A program made the translations under genes and the position numbers. Shown here one piece after another: positions 13,002 through 24,742 of a stretch of DNA of 64,000 nucleotides. The DNA is from Callorhinchus milii (Eukaryota). The notes beneath the pieces are model-generated. The model did not search any database. It was not told where the DNA came from and saw nothing but the letters and a program-made list of their open reading frames with translations. How positions within the stretch are numbered: position 1 is the first letter of the stretch; each line of letters starts with the position of its first letter. The stretch is from NCBI RefSeq assembly GCF_018977255.1, contig NW_024704743.1, positions 92,568,001-92,632,000 of the forward strand. Direction: 5' to 3'.

Positions 13002-13204
13002 ACAAAACCAGAGAAAGCTGGGAAAATTCAGCAGGTCAGGCAGTATCTATGGAGAAAGGAAAATGAGTCAACGTTTCGGGTCCACGACCCTTTGTCAGTC
13101 GAAACGTTGACTCACGTTCCTTTCTCCAAAGATGCTGCCTGACCTGAGTTTTCCCAGCTCTCTCTTTTTGTTTCAGATTCCAGCATCAGCAGTATTTTGT
13201 GTTT
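13002..13204. mobile_element. Inverted pair of Penelope-like terminal repeats (pseudo-LTR) with 11-bp TSD
   Basis: Arms 13002-13078 and 13100-13175 are reverse complements and match the end of the Penelope-like element at 49345-49433. TSD is T(A/G)TAAAGTGAA at 12991-13001 and 13205-13215. Confidence 0.8.
13066..13098 (-). ncRNA. Minimal type I hammerhead ribozyme-like motif (core CUGACAA, probably inactive)
   Basis: Minus strand reads CTGACAA A GGGTC GTG GACCC GAAAC GTT GACT: a CUGANGA-like box, 5-bp stem II, GAAAC and an NUH triplet. Confidence 0.6.
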
Positions 13205-13979
13205 TGTAAAGTGAATTAATTGTATATTTGTGGGCGAAACGTGGCAGCCAATTGCACACAGCAGTGTCCCACAAACAGTCGTGGATTGAGTGACCAATTT
13301 TTTATTTTTTTTGAAGGAGTTATTACCCCCGGAAAAGCGATACGCCAATCGATTAACAACCGGGTTCCTACTTACTGCTAGGTAAACAGAGGCATGTGGA
13401 GTAAGGAAACTTGCCCAACATTTCGTCCTGCCACGAATCAATCCCAGGTCTCTCGCTTTAGAAGGGAGAGCTCTAACCACTGAGCTACAGGACTCCACAA
13501 ATGTTGATCAAAGCTGGCATGTTAGAGTCAGTGCACAACAAATACCTTGTTGGAATCATTATTGGAGAACACTATCCTGGATACCAGTTTGGTGTTGTCA
13601 GAGAGAAAAGTGTGATGGGTAATATTCTGTAAGGTACCAATCATACCATCATTAACCACATATACTGTGTGGAGCAATTTGCTGAGATGGAGTGCTTAAT
13701 GTCAAGGATGAGCCAAAGCAATAATTTATCCCAAATCACCTTTTATCTACCTGAAGATAATTGGTGAACATTTTACAAAAACAACAATAAATTGCATTTA
13801 AATATTTTTTTCACATTGGGAGAATGTCCCAAGGTGCTGGGATACACTTCCAACATGAAGCCCAGAATTCTACTGCCTCATGCACTATTAAAAGGATTGA
13901 ATTTTCCATAAGATGGGAAACTTACTCAATACCACAAAATCTATTTTATGGACATCAATTACAAGTTTAATACAGGTGT

Positions 13980-14390
13980 TAATTGGTAGCATGATCAATT
14001 CTGAGTCAGAAGATTATTGGTTGAAGCCCCAAATTGGGACTTTGAGCTCATACTCGAGGCTGATGCTCCAATAAAGTTCTGGGGGGAATACAGTATTGCA
14101 TTGTTGGAGGTGCTGTCCTTCAGCTGAGATGTTAAATTGAGGTCCTGTCAGCTTTTTCAGGTGAACAGTAAAGATGCATTTGCACAATGTGAAAAAAGAC
14201 TTTTTATCTGGAATCTTGATCAACAATGCTCTGGATAAAATTGATCATTCACATCATGGCTGTTTGTGGGACATTGCTGTGCTCAAATTGGATACCACAT
14301 TCGCCTGCAAATCCACAGACAATACACTTTACAGTAATTCCTCTAAATTCAGACATTTTGAAAATGTGATAAGAAGCTATATCCAAAGCA
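13980..14390 (+). mobile_element. SacSINE1-type Deu-domain SINE, near full length, diverged
   Basis: Degenerate tRNA-like head (TTGGTAGCA..TCTGAGTCAGAAG), Deu core and tail. Confidence 0.75.
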
Positions 14391-14720
14391 GCAAACAAAC
14401 ATTTCTGAACAAACCTCTAGAATTTTCACAAAATGTTCTCAGAATTTCAGGCTTCAGATACCTCAAAATAAAAGGAAAATATTGAAAAGTTACAGCAGTT
14501 CAATCAGCCACATGAAAGAGAAAGGAAAATGTCTTCTGTGTGAAATATGCAGCTGCTTATTTTGTACTCAGGTTGATAGTGCAATTTTTTCCAAAACCAA
14601 ACCATATAAGTAACCAGAAGGGCAAATCCTATGAAGCGCTTTGATAATTTCTCACAACGTGGATTTTGTGTTGTACCAACTCTCTTCTGATGCGATCACT
14701 TCCATTGACTTCTATGGAAG

Positions 14721-15462
14721 TCACCCCTCACGCTGCTGAAACCCTGGTCCACGCCTTTGTCACCTCAAGGCTGGACTATGGGAACTCTCTCCTCGCCGGC
14801 CTTCCCGGCACCTCCCTCCACAAGCTGCAGGTCATTCAGAACTCTGCAGCTCGTGTACTGTCCCGCACCAGGCTTCGGGACCACATCACTCCCACCCTCG
14901 CTCGCCTCCACTGGCTCCCCATCCCCCAGAGGATTGATTTCAAGATCCTCATCCTCACCTACAAGGCCATTCACGGCTTTGCTCCCTCCTACCTCTCCAA
15001 CCTACTATCCCCCTACCTACCTGCCCGTACCCTCCGTTCCTCTGGCTCTGGTCTGCTCCACGTCCCCCGCCCCAACCGCCCTACCATCGGTGGTCGGGCC
15101 TTCAGCCTCTCAGCCCCCAAGCTCTGGAACTCCATCCCCCAGTGCCTTCGCCTTGCTTCCTCCCTTTCCTCCTTCAAGGCCGGTCTCAAAACCTTTCTCT
15201 TTGACCGTGCCTTCAGCTCCCCTCTCGACTCTCTTCCCCCTCCTCGCTCCCTCCCTTCCCTCCCCTCACCCTGACCATTTCCCCCTCCTTGCTCCCTCCC
15301 TTCCCTCACCCTGACCATTTCCCCCCTCCTCGCTCCCTCCCTTCCCTCCCCTCACCCTGACCATTTCCCCCCTGCTCGGGTCATGACCCAACTGTGCAGC
15401 GCCTTGGGACGTCCTCCTGACGTGAAAGGCGCTTTATAAATGGAATCTTGTTGTTGTTGTTG
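14721..15462 (+). mobile_element. Young L2 LINE 3' fragment with uninterrupted ORF2 C-terminus
   Basis: AAETLVHAFVTSRLDYGNSLLAGLP...LQVIQNSAARVL...LHWLPIPQRIDFKIL...GGRAFS..APKLWNSIP with no stops; (TTG)n tail. Confidence 0.95.
15236..15366 (+). repeat. Three tandem 40-46-bp pyrimidine-rich units at the L2 ORF2 stop / 3' UTR
   Basis: The unit CCCCCTCCTCGCTCCCTCCCTTCCCTCCCCTCACCCTGACCATTT is repeated three times. Confidence 0.85.
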
Positions 15463-16439
15463 TTCTATATATTCTGTTTTGTTTTCCCTTTTGTCTCCTC
15501 TCCTCTTCCAAAGGCAATGACTCTTGATCATTGCTGGAAAATCTCCGATATCTCCTCAAGTGATCATCCATCACGTATTAGCCTGGAACACTGAGACATC
15601 ATACACTGAGTGTTTCAAATAATCTCATAACCACTAGTGCACCTTACCACCTTAATGAGTTCTGCTACCAATGTTGCTGCTTATAATTTCTACTTAGCCG
15701 TCTCTTACTGTCTGTCATCTTCTACAGTAATATCCCAAGCAGAATACATTTGTGTATGACAGTTGTAAACCTCTCAGTGATTTAGTGTCAGAGGTTGGAG
15801 CTGTAGAAGTTTATTTGCTGATGTGAACACACTCTGCTCCATGTGATATCATTGTGAATTACTGGTGCATTTGCCAAGCAGTGTTTATACAGTGTTGTTT
15901 ATACAGTGGTTGTTTGGTTCAGATGTTTCACAATGAATTACTGGGTAATTCACTGTCCCACACTCATCGGCAACAGTAATCTCAATTTAATACTATTCTG
16001 ATGCGTATTACTGGGTCAGAGGATAGGGTAGGGAGAAACAGAGATTTATTCATTTCATACGGCTCCTCAGTTGTTGTTGAGTAAAATGAATAAACTGTAT
16101 TGAATGAACTCTGAGTGTATGAATGTATGAAGATTGTGAGAGCAAGATCGAGTTCTGTCCGAAGGAAAAAATAAATTGGTTAATGACTACGGCCTAATTT
16201 GCAGTGCAGTGAAAAGTACAACATATGATATGGTAATTACCAATTTGGAATTAAATGTGGATCCCGCTAACCAGAACTGAAATGCGATGCAGCAAGTGCA
16301 GCAACAGTGACAGCCTAATGATCTCCACGAGCAGGATCAAGCCCAAACATTGTGACAGTGTGACAGTCCAGCAGTGGGTTATCCAATGAGTGATCACTGA
16401 GACACCATCAGTGCTGGTGATAATTATCATTTGTCCTTC

Positions 16440-16650
16440 CAATGAGACGTTAAACCAAGATCCCGTCTGCCTATTCAGGTTGCCTCCATGGCTGTTTGTG
16501 GGACACTGCTATGTGCAACTAGCTGCCACCTTTTACCCACAAAATACACAGTAAAATACACACTTTACAATATATCCTGTGGAAAACTTTGAGACATTTC
16601 GATGACACGAAAAGGCACTATAACAAATGCAATGATTATTATTATCATCA
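16440..16650 (+). mobile_element. Deu-domain SINE fragment with internal deletion
   Basis: ATGAGACGTTAAACCAAGATCCCGTCTGCCTATTCAGGT joined to CATGGCTGTTTGTGGGACACTGC and the tail. Confidence 0.75.
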
Positions 16651-17180
16651 TGTTGCATTGTCACCCCAGTATTTCTTAACTGTTTTTGTAATAAATGCAA
16701 TACATTATAAATAACAAAACACTCATAATATTATTTTCTAATTACTGAAGAACTGATTCTTTTGTAATCCTGAAATCTTTGAGAAGCATGGGGCCTGAAA
16801 TTCCATTAGCTGTACAAAAGTTGAGTAAATGGATCTGAACAGAGAATCCATGTAATTTTTTTGAAGCAAAACATTAATAGCACTATTTCTGTATTAGTTG
16901 CTGGTAGGGTTAAAATCCAACATAGATTTTGAACATAAAATTCATTTGTATACAATATATATAATTTTACATCTATATAGCGCATTTGACATCAGGAGGA
17001 CATCCCAAGACAATCAGAAGTCATTTTTAGAAGAGGCTCTGTCAAGTAGCACAACAAGGGGATAATTGGAGTAGAGCTGGATGTCATCTGCTACTGATAT
17101 AGAAACTGACATCATGCCTGCAGATAATATCACCAAAGGGAAGTGCAGAAATAGGGGTGGAACAAGGATCAGTCTTGTGT

Positions 17181-17500
17181 GGAGTCCTGTAGCTCAGTGG
17201 TTAGAGCACTCGCTTTGCAAGTGAGAGACCTGAGTTCAATTCCAGGCAGGGTGAAACCTTGGGCAAGTTTCCTTACTCCACACGCCTAATAATAATCCAT
17301 CCTAAAACCAAAAACAATAATAAATTGGTCATTTTCAATCTACGACTGTTTGTGGGACATTGCTGTGCGCAATTGGCTGCTGCGTTCGCCCACAAATATA
17401 CAGTCAATTCACTTTGCAGTATGTTCTGTGAAGCGCTTTGGGACGTCCTCCCGACGTGAAAAGCGCTATATCAAATGCAAGGATTATTATTATTATTATT
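17181..17500 (+). mobile_element. tRNA-Ala-headed SINE, short form, full length
   Basis: Intact A and B boxes, body and (ATT)n tail. Confidence 0.92.
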
Positions 17501-17744
17501 GCGTATATTGGAAATGACCATACATGAGTGAATCAGGAACCTGGTTGACCAGGTAGAAGCTAAATTTGCAATGTTTCATAATGCATTCAATGTGATAATT
17601 TTTATTAAATGCCACAAATTTAATCCTGTTCCTCAACTATTGCCTGTCCAATATGTTTAGTGAAAGTTCAATTTTAGTTGGGAATTTCCCTTCCTTGCCT
17701 GTGTGAAGGGCACCCGATTGTCTCGCGCCAGCGCCTCTGAACCT

Positions 17745-18510
17745 CAGGCTCTGGCAGCATCAACTTCCATGGTTGCACACTACAACTCACCAAGCCAGTC
17801 AGGAACCTAGGTGTCTTGTTCGACCCTCAACTGTCTTTTCTTCCCCATTTCCAAGCCCTGACCCGCTCTGCCTTCCCTCACCTCTGTAACATCGCCTGAC
17901 TCCGCCACTACCTCACCCCTCAGGCTGCTGAAACTCTTGTTCATACCTTCATCACCTCCAGGCTCGACTATGCAAACTATCTGCTTGTCGGCCTTCCCAA
18001 CTCCTCCCTCCACAGGCTGCAGATAATCCTGAACTCTGCAGCCCGTGTCCTCTCCCGCACCAAATCTGTGACCCCATCTTCCCCATTCTCGCCCAACTCC
18101 ATCAGCTCCCTTATCCTTCGGGGATCCAGTTCAAGATCCTGCTCCTCACCTACAAAGCCCTCCATGGCCTCACCCCACCTCTGCGACCTCCTAATCCCCT
18201 ATCAACCCACCTGCTCCCTCTGCTCAGCCGGCTCTGTCCTGCTCCACTGACCTACCCACCCCACCATTGGTGGAACTCTGTCCCCAAACTCTAGAATTCC
18301 ATCCCCCAATCACTCCACCTCTCCCCCTCCTTAACCTCCTTCAAGTCCCGCCTCAAAACCCTCCTCTTTGACCATGCCATCGGTCACTCCCCTTCCCCTC
18401 CCCTCTCCCTCTCTGACCCCAGCTCGGGTCTGAAATGCTGTACGTTGTCCAGCGCCTTGGGACGTCCTCCCGACATGATAGGCGCTTTACCATTGTAATT
18501 TTGTTGTTGT
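17745..18510 (+). mobile_element. L2 LINE 3' fragment (decayed)
   Basis: RNLGVLFDPQL..., AAETLVHTFITSRLDYAN motifs and an L2 tail. Confidence 0.88.
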
Positions 18511-19476
18511 ATATAAATATGTTGTTGTTGCTTCACAGGATTTACTGTATCATGGTGACTATTACTTTGTAAGCAAACACTGCAGTACAGCAATATCCCA
18601 CAAACAGCCAAATCATAAACTAGATTGGCTGACAAATCAGTTAGGGGGCAACTTTGAACAGTGAGAGATAATGTTCAGTTGTGATCTATCATTTTATTAT
18701 ACTGGTTAGATGGAGCTTTCTCCATTTTTTACTTCTGAGTCTCCCTCTGGACCTGTTACTCATTTTTCCTACAGTTAGTTTTTTATGGTTACCTCAGTCA
18801 GTGCCAGGATTTTTTAATTTGGGGATTATTATTTGATTAGTGCAGGACTAATTTAAAATTTATCACAGAAAAAAATGATGCATTTTGATGTGCTTGTCAG
18901 CAGTTTGCATAATTCTGGAGCAAATGAATTAAAATACTTAAATTAACAACCTGCCTGATCTTCTATTGACCTGTTTGGAATCCGTCTCAGGCAGTCAAGA
19001 AAATGTATTTTGACTCAAGGTCCCTGCTAGGAGACTTATTTAGAGATGTATTTACAAACTTATGCAGTGCCAATAGTGCTGGCGGAAAAGGTCCAGGTTA
19101 AAGTGCATCTGGTCAGTGGTGTACAGCTGCCCTGCAGGATAAAGCCATCAGCACTTTCATTCCCTGCCAGCAGTACTTGGAAGGAGCTAGAGAGAGGTGG
19201 CTTTGCTCAGGACCCTTCTGGTTGTTGGCTCCACAATGCTGGTGAATCATTGTGCACCAATACAAGAGCTGTATAATGTTTCTCCCAAATAAGGGAAGAG
19301 GTCCCATTAATTACCATATTGGTATAGGAATTAATCCACATTCCAAGTACAAGTTATAAAGGGTTTATAACTTTGGCCCAAGCAAGCATAAGATGCTCCC
19401 ACTTGTTTCTATTCAGACGCACACGACTGCGTCTGTTCAAAACCTTAAATAGTTACCATGTTCAAATGTCACCATA

Positions 19477-19770
19477 ACAATTTGCATTTATATAGGGACC
19501 TTCATGCAGGGTAGCATCTCAGAGCGCTTAAAAGTAGCAGAGCTGAGGAAAGGAGAGAGGTGAATGTAGGCATGGCCTTAAGGCACAACCTGAAGATTGG
19601 CAAAGAGAGGCAAGATATAGGAATTGATACAGAGTTCCATAGTTTCGGGGTATAATAATAATAATAATCCTTGCATTTGATATAGCCCCTTATCACATCT
19701 TCAAGCCGTCTCAAAATGCTTCACAGAATATACTGTAAAGTGAATTATCTGTATATTTTGTGGGTGAGAT
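19477..19770 (-). mobile_element. L2 3' end (19477-19650) abutting a SINE 3' fragment (19652-19770)
   Basis: Two consecutive minus-strand tails, TTGCATTTATATAG and TTGCATTTGATATAG. Confidence 0.7.
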
Positions 19771-21661
19771 AGCAGAGGGTGCTTCCAATACTTTACCAAT
19801 ATCCCCATAAACACTGAGTCAATATAGCTGCAATAGATCAACTTCCATAGATCAGTGCAACCACTCAGCACTGAATTAGTCAAACCTTCTCATTAATACC
19901 TTCTGTTTTTCCATTTGAACATTTGTATAACTTTTCCACCAGCATCACTGAGAGTGAAAATACAGTTTGACTGTGCAAACAAGTTTGTAAAATTATTACC
20001 GTTTGGAGGAACCTCGATAAAACATATTTCGACTGCCTCAGGCGCATTCAAGACAGGTCACTGGTGGGTGTTATTTTGAAGTATGTTTTTCTTATAACTC
20101 TGCTATCAGTGTATCAAAATGTGTAATATTTTATTTTTGAGCAATTTTAAGTAATCCTGTTTTTTAAAAATTATCCTTACATTAATTACTCTTATAGATG
20201 GTTGTGGTTCAAAAATAATAATAATTTTTAGATTTGATATAATACCTTTGACATTGTGAGGATGTCCTAAAGCTCTTCACATATATACAATAAAGTTTAG
20301 TGACTGTGCATACGGTGGTCGAATGCCCATAAAAACGGCACATTGGAAAGCAAACCGAAGTTGGGGCAGCATTGCACTGAAGGAAGGACAGACTTTCTGA
20401 TGTTTACAAGTTCAGGTGGACATAAAAGATCCCATGACACTATTTGAGAGAGAAGGGAATTTCCCTTAGCGTCAATCATGAAATGAATTGAGCATTTACC
20501 TCATCGCTCTTTTTGGAACTTTACTGATTTTTGTCTACAAATCAGTGACTACATTTGACAGCAATTACCTGTACTTAGATAATAGAAATCTATTGCCATG
20601 AGGCCTATTGAGTGCATACTAGCTCATGAAGGAAGAAGATCAATTCAATCCCACTGCCCTGCCTTATCTCCATATCCCTTCAAGCCCCTCTCTTTCTTTC
20701 TGTCTACTTCCCCAGCTCTTGAAGAAGGCATGGGAGGGAACGAGGCAAAGGGAATGTTGGATGGAGTTCCAAAGGGTGAGAGAGGCTGAACGCCTGACCG
20801 CCGATGATGTAAGTCAGGTCATGCAGGCGAGGGACGTGGAGCAGGCCATAGCTCTCAATAACTAACATATTAAAATGATATATCAGAACAGAAACCGAGA
20901 ATTACAAGTGTTTTAGTTTCTACAGGGATTAAATACTAATTGAAATGCAAGCAATACCAATCTCTTGATGCAGCTCTTTGGTAAGAAGAAAAAGCCTGTT
21001 ATTTTCAATGATGACATAGTTTGAGTGATTTTTACAACTATGCTCAATATTTTGTTCATTTCAGTTATTTCAACAGTGTCAAGGCAACTACCAAGGTCCT
21101 TTATCATAGCATTCCTCCTAACTATTGTTCAGCTGAATGTTAAGAAAAACTATAAAAAAAACTTCTTCAGAAAATTTCTCTCTCTGGCAAACAAATAATT
21201 GCAAAGTTTGAGAGTTCTTTACAAGACAAGCTGCCTTTAATAATAAGCAATGCTGTGAATACCGTGTTGGTAAATAACATTTTCTGTACTGAATTTCAAA
21301 TAAATGACAGCTGTTCTCTTTTTATTATGAGTCCATCTCTTGCTTTTGGTGCTTATTAAGATGAAGATTGCCAAGAATCTAGCATGAGGCTTTTTGTCTC
21401 TCTCTACATTATGACAGCTCGTACATTAGTGGCCTGTTGTAGGTCACAAGTGCAATAAAATACACAAGTGTTCAGCTTCTGTTACAGAATACACTCTCAC
21501 AGTGGGAGGATGTTTCTTTTTTTCTATTGGTGTAAAATTACTTTGGTTCCCCAGATGGTGTGTTGGAGGTGCATCCTTCAGGTGAGATGTTAAACTAGGT
21601 CTTTAAAATCAGTCCCATCTGCCATCTGTTCAGATGGATATTAAATATTCCTTGAAAATAA

Positions 21662-21984
21662 TATAATCCTTGCATTTCATATAGCGCCTTAACATATCTT
21701 CTAGACGTCTCAAAGCGTTTCGCAGAATATACTGTAAAGTGAATTGATTGTTTATTTGTGGGCGAAACTTGGCAGCCAGTTGCGCACAGCAGTGTCCCAC
21801 AAACAGTCGTGGATTGAGTGACCAAATTATTATTTTCTTTATCTTTTTTTTCTTTTTTTCTTTGAGGGATTATTATCAGATGTGTGCAGTAAGGAAACTT
21901 GTCCAACGTTTCACCCTGCCAGGAATCGAACCCAGGTCTCTCGTTTGCGAGGCGAGTGCTCTAACCACTGAGCTACAGGACTCC
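21662..21984 (-). mobile_element. tRNA-Ala-headed SINE, short form, full length, inserted into a plus-strand Deu SINE (~21555-22110)
   Basis: Head ends ...CTAACCACTGAGCTACAGGACTCC; Deu core resumes on both sides. Confidence 0.9.
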
Positions 21985-22424
21985 ACAAAACTACTTGAAA
22001 AGAGAAGAGTTTTTCCCCATTTCCTGGCTGTTAATCCCTCAGGTTAAAATGATATGTCCAACATGAAAGGTATTGTACCAAAATGCAAGAATTATCATTA
22101 TTATTATTTAAGATTGGTTCTTTTAACAGTTTTCCATATCTGCAATCCCTATAATCTGAGGGTATTTGTATCCCCAACTTCAAATCATTTTATTACTCGA
22201 TCATGTCTCCATTAAAAAAGTCCAATCCCTTTCTTCCATCTGATGTTCTTACAGGTAGTCAGCTCTGTGACAACATCACTAATTGCACTCCTAACACGTT
22301 ATGACAATGGAACGGTATCATTAAAACATTTGCAATTCAATCAGCAGTCCCCATGGTTTGAATAATATTTTCCAAATGCTAATTTTTTGCACCACAAAGA
22401 TATTATGTATTGGCTATCACGATC

Positions 22425-22912
22425 ATAACAGCAGCAACTTGTATTTATACAGCGCCATTCAATAGAGTCTCGCAAAAATTAACAGTTGCAGAGTTCAACG
22501 CCGAGCTGTGGAGAGGAAGGAGGTGAGGTCCTTCCTGAGGAGGTGAGGAGGTCTTCAGGAGTGATCCGAAAAGGAGTAAAAAGGGGCCAAGACAAAGGGT
22601 TTGAGGGAGAGAGCTTCAAAGTTTCTGGTCGTAATAGCTGAAAGCACAGCCGCCGATCATGAAGTGGAAGGGCAAAGGAAAAGCAGGAGGCCGGATCCAG
22701 CCAAGTGGAGGTGGTTGGTGGAGTGGGGAGTAAGTAGTTCAGAGAGATAGGGAGATGCCAGGGTGTGAAGGATTTATAGATGATTGTGAGGTTCTTGAAG
22801 TGGATCTGTTCTGTGAAAGGCAGCCAGTGGAGCCTGGTGAGGACTGGTGTGATGGGGGTCCAGAGCTTTGAGTGGGTGAGTATATGGGTGGCCGAGTTTT
22901 GAGTTTGAGCAG
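22425..22912 (-). mobile_element. L2 LINE 3' fragment
   Basis: QNSATHILT..KLWTPITPVLTRLHWLP on the minus strand, with tail. Confidence 0.85.
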
Positions 22913-23044
22913 GGATTGAATCCATAGCAACTGCCCCCAAGAGAAGCCCAACTGGTATTTCTGTTGCAGAGATCAGCGATTTAATGAGATGTACTTACCT
23001 GCTTTTAGGTACAAAACTCTAACATTGTGCTGTTTCCAGGGTTC

Positions 23045-23660
23045 CAAGTCTATCTTCCTTGGGTGGACATAAGCAGGATCTCCTGAGCTCAACTGGCTCA
23101 GTTGACATTGCTCGGTAATGGATGTTAGAATTGAGTCGATTCTCTGTGGCAGTCTTGGCAGTCCAGATCCTGAGGCAAGTGGGTTCTCAGTGTTTCAGAG
23201 CACTGCTGATGACACGCCAGCTAGACTGGCACATCGGTAGGATTTTGATGGGCAGAGTGGGAACAGGGATTCTTTCCACTCAACTCATCTTAACCCTGAA
23301 AGCCAAAGTTCTAATGCCCTTCCACTTCATGATGCCAGGTGAGCAAGAAGTAGAAAGCTTTCCAGATAGTGGGTTTACTGGCAAGCTCTGTGGTTTAAGC
23401 TGGTTAAATTCCAGTAGTATCCCAATGCACACGCTGGGGTCCCCAAACCTTGACGCTTGCTAATCTGCGCCTAATACTCTACAAAATTAGACCAGCCTGG
23501 TTCATGAATCCAGGGGAAGAATGCACATTCCATTGCAGACACAGGGAAATGTCGGTGTATAAGTGACATAGATAATATGTTGAACTCTGAATCTGCTTTG
23601 GACCACTTAAGTACGGTGAAGAATTTGAATTTGAACATGTGTCAGACTGCCCAAAATAAA
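23045..23660 (-). repeat. Unclassified ancient dispersed repeat, copy 2 of 3
   Basis: Reverse complement aligns with 56043-56622 (e.g. CTCAATTCTAACAT, CATCAGCAGTG, CCCAAGGA) and with 5025-5441. Confidence 0.75.
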
Positions 23661-24414
23661 AGTATAAGTTTTTTCCCTAAGTTTATATGTCCATACTATG
23701 ATCCTAGACACTATTAAGGATAGATTTTGCTCTGCAGCATTCACAGATTGTATTATTAGATTATACCAGCATGTACAACAGTGGAATTGTGCTCAAGTAT
23801 AATTTTGGCACAGTCTATATTATGCTTGGAAGAAATAAGACTTTGGGCTGTCATGAGCCTTAATTTATTGAAGTCACCTCTGCAACGTGCCTTAGGCTGA
23901 ATAGTCGCTTTTGCCTTTATAAAAGCATGACTATAGTGAAATGGTGTTAATTAGCCCATTGCCTCAACACCTCGCTCCAAGGTTTATGCATCGTTTTTCA
24001 CTATTTTAGAACTTTCAGTTCAAAAGGTCCTCAGAGGAAGTAACAGGTCAGCAGTGAAGAGCTTATAAAATTGAATGCCTGCATTGTAGAACTATTCAGA
24101 AGGGCTGCTAAACCTGCCAGCAACTAGCTCCCTTTCTCCAACTTTGACAAAGCTGCATCATGTTTTATAGTCAAGTGTACTATGTGCAATATTCAGTTGC
24201 TTAGCACTGTATCCTTGTGACACTGTGTAGAAAAATGCAATGTAATGTGATAATTATCATAATAAAGGACAACAAATACGCTTGTTTGTGCTGTAGTAAT
24301 GGGTTTGGGGTTAGACGCTCTTCTGATTTGCAGCCACAGGAAGTATACTTTGCCTAATTGGCCCATGGTCCTAAGAGTTATGAAGAAAAATTGAACTCAC
24401 CTTGCCTCTCTTGA

Positions 24415-24742
24415 AACTCCAATGCAGGGCTGGGGTGTGCTATACTGTTGGAGTTGTAATCCTTTGGATGAGCCATTAAACTGACATCCTGTCTGTCTAT
24501 TCAGGTGGATGTTAAAAATCCCATGATACTATTCAAAAAGGAAAAGAGAGTTTCTGTCTAACAATCCCCCAAATAAAATTAGTAATTTACTTCATGGCTG
24601 TTTTGGGACATGCTGTGCAAAAATAGATTGCCACATTCAGCTACAAAATACACAGTCACCATACATCACAGTAAATCTTGTGAAGTGCTTTAAGATGTTT
24701 TCTCAACGTGAAAGGCTTTATAGCAAATGCAAGGATTATTAT
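24415..24742 (+). mobile_element. Deu-domain SINE
   Basis: CTGTCTGTCTATTCAGGTGGATGTTAAAAATCCCATG Deu core plus tail. Confidence 0.8.

Larger units (their letters stand above)
12917..13496 (-). mobile_element. tRNA-Ala-headed SINE, long form, full length, interrupted at 13002-13204
   Basis: Head at 13430-13496, long-form middle segment and (AAT)n tail. Confidence 0.9.

Noticed and set aside
14666..15274. 202-aa ORF as a host gene
   Set aside because: It is the C-terminus of L2 ORF2 from a 5'-truncated insertion, with a chance upstream start in flanking DNA.
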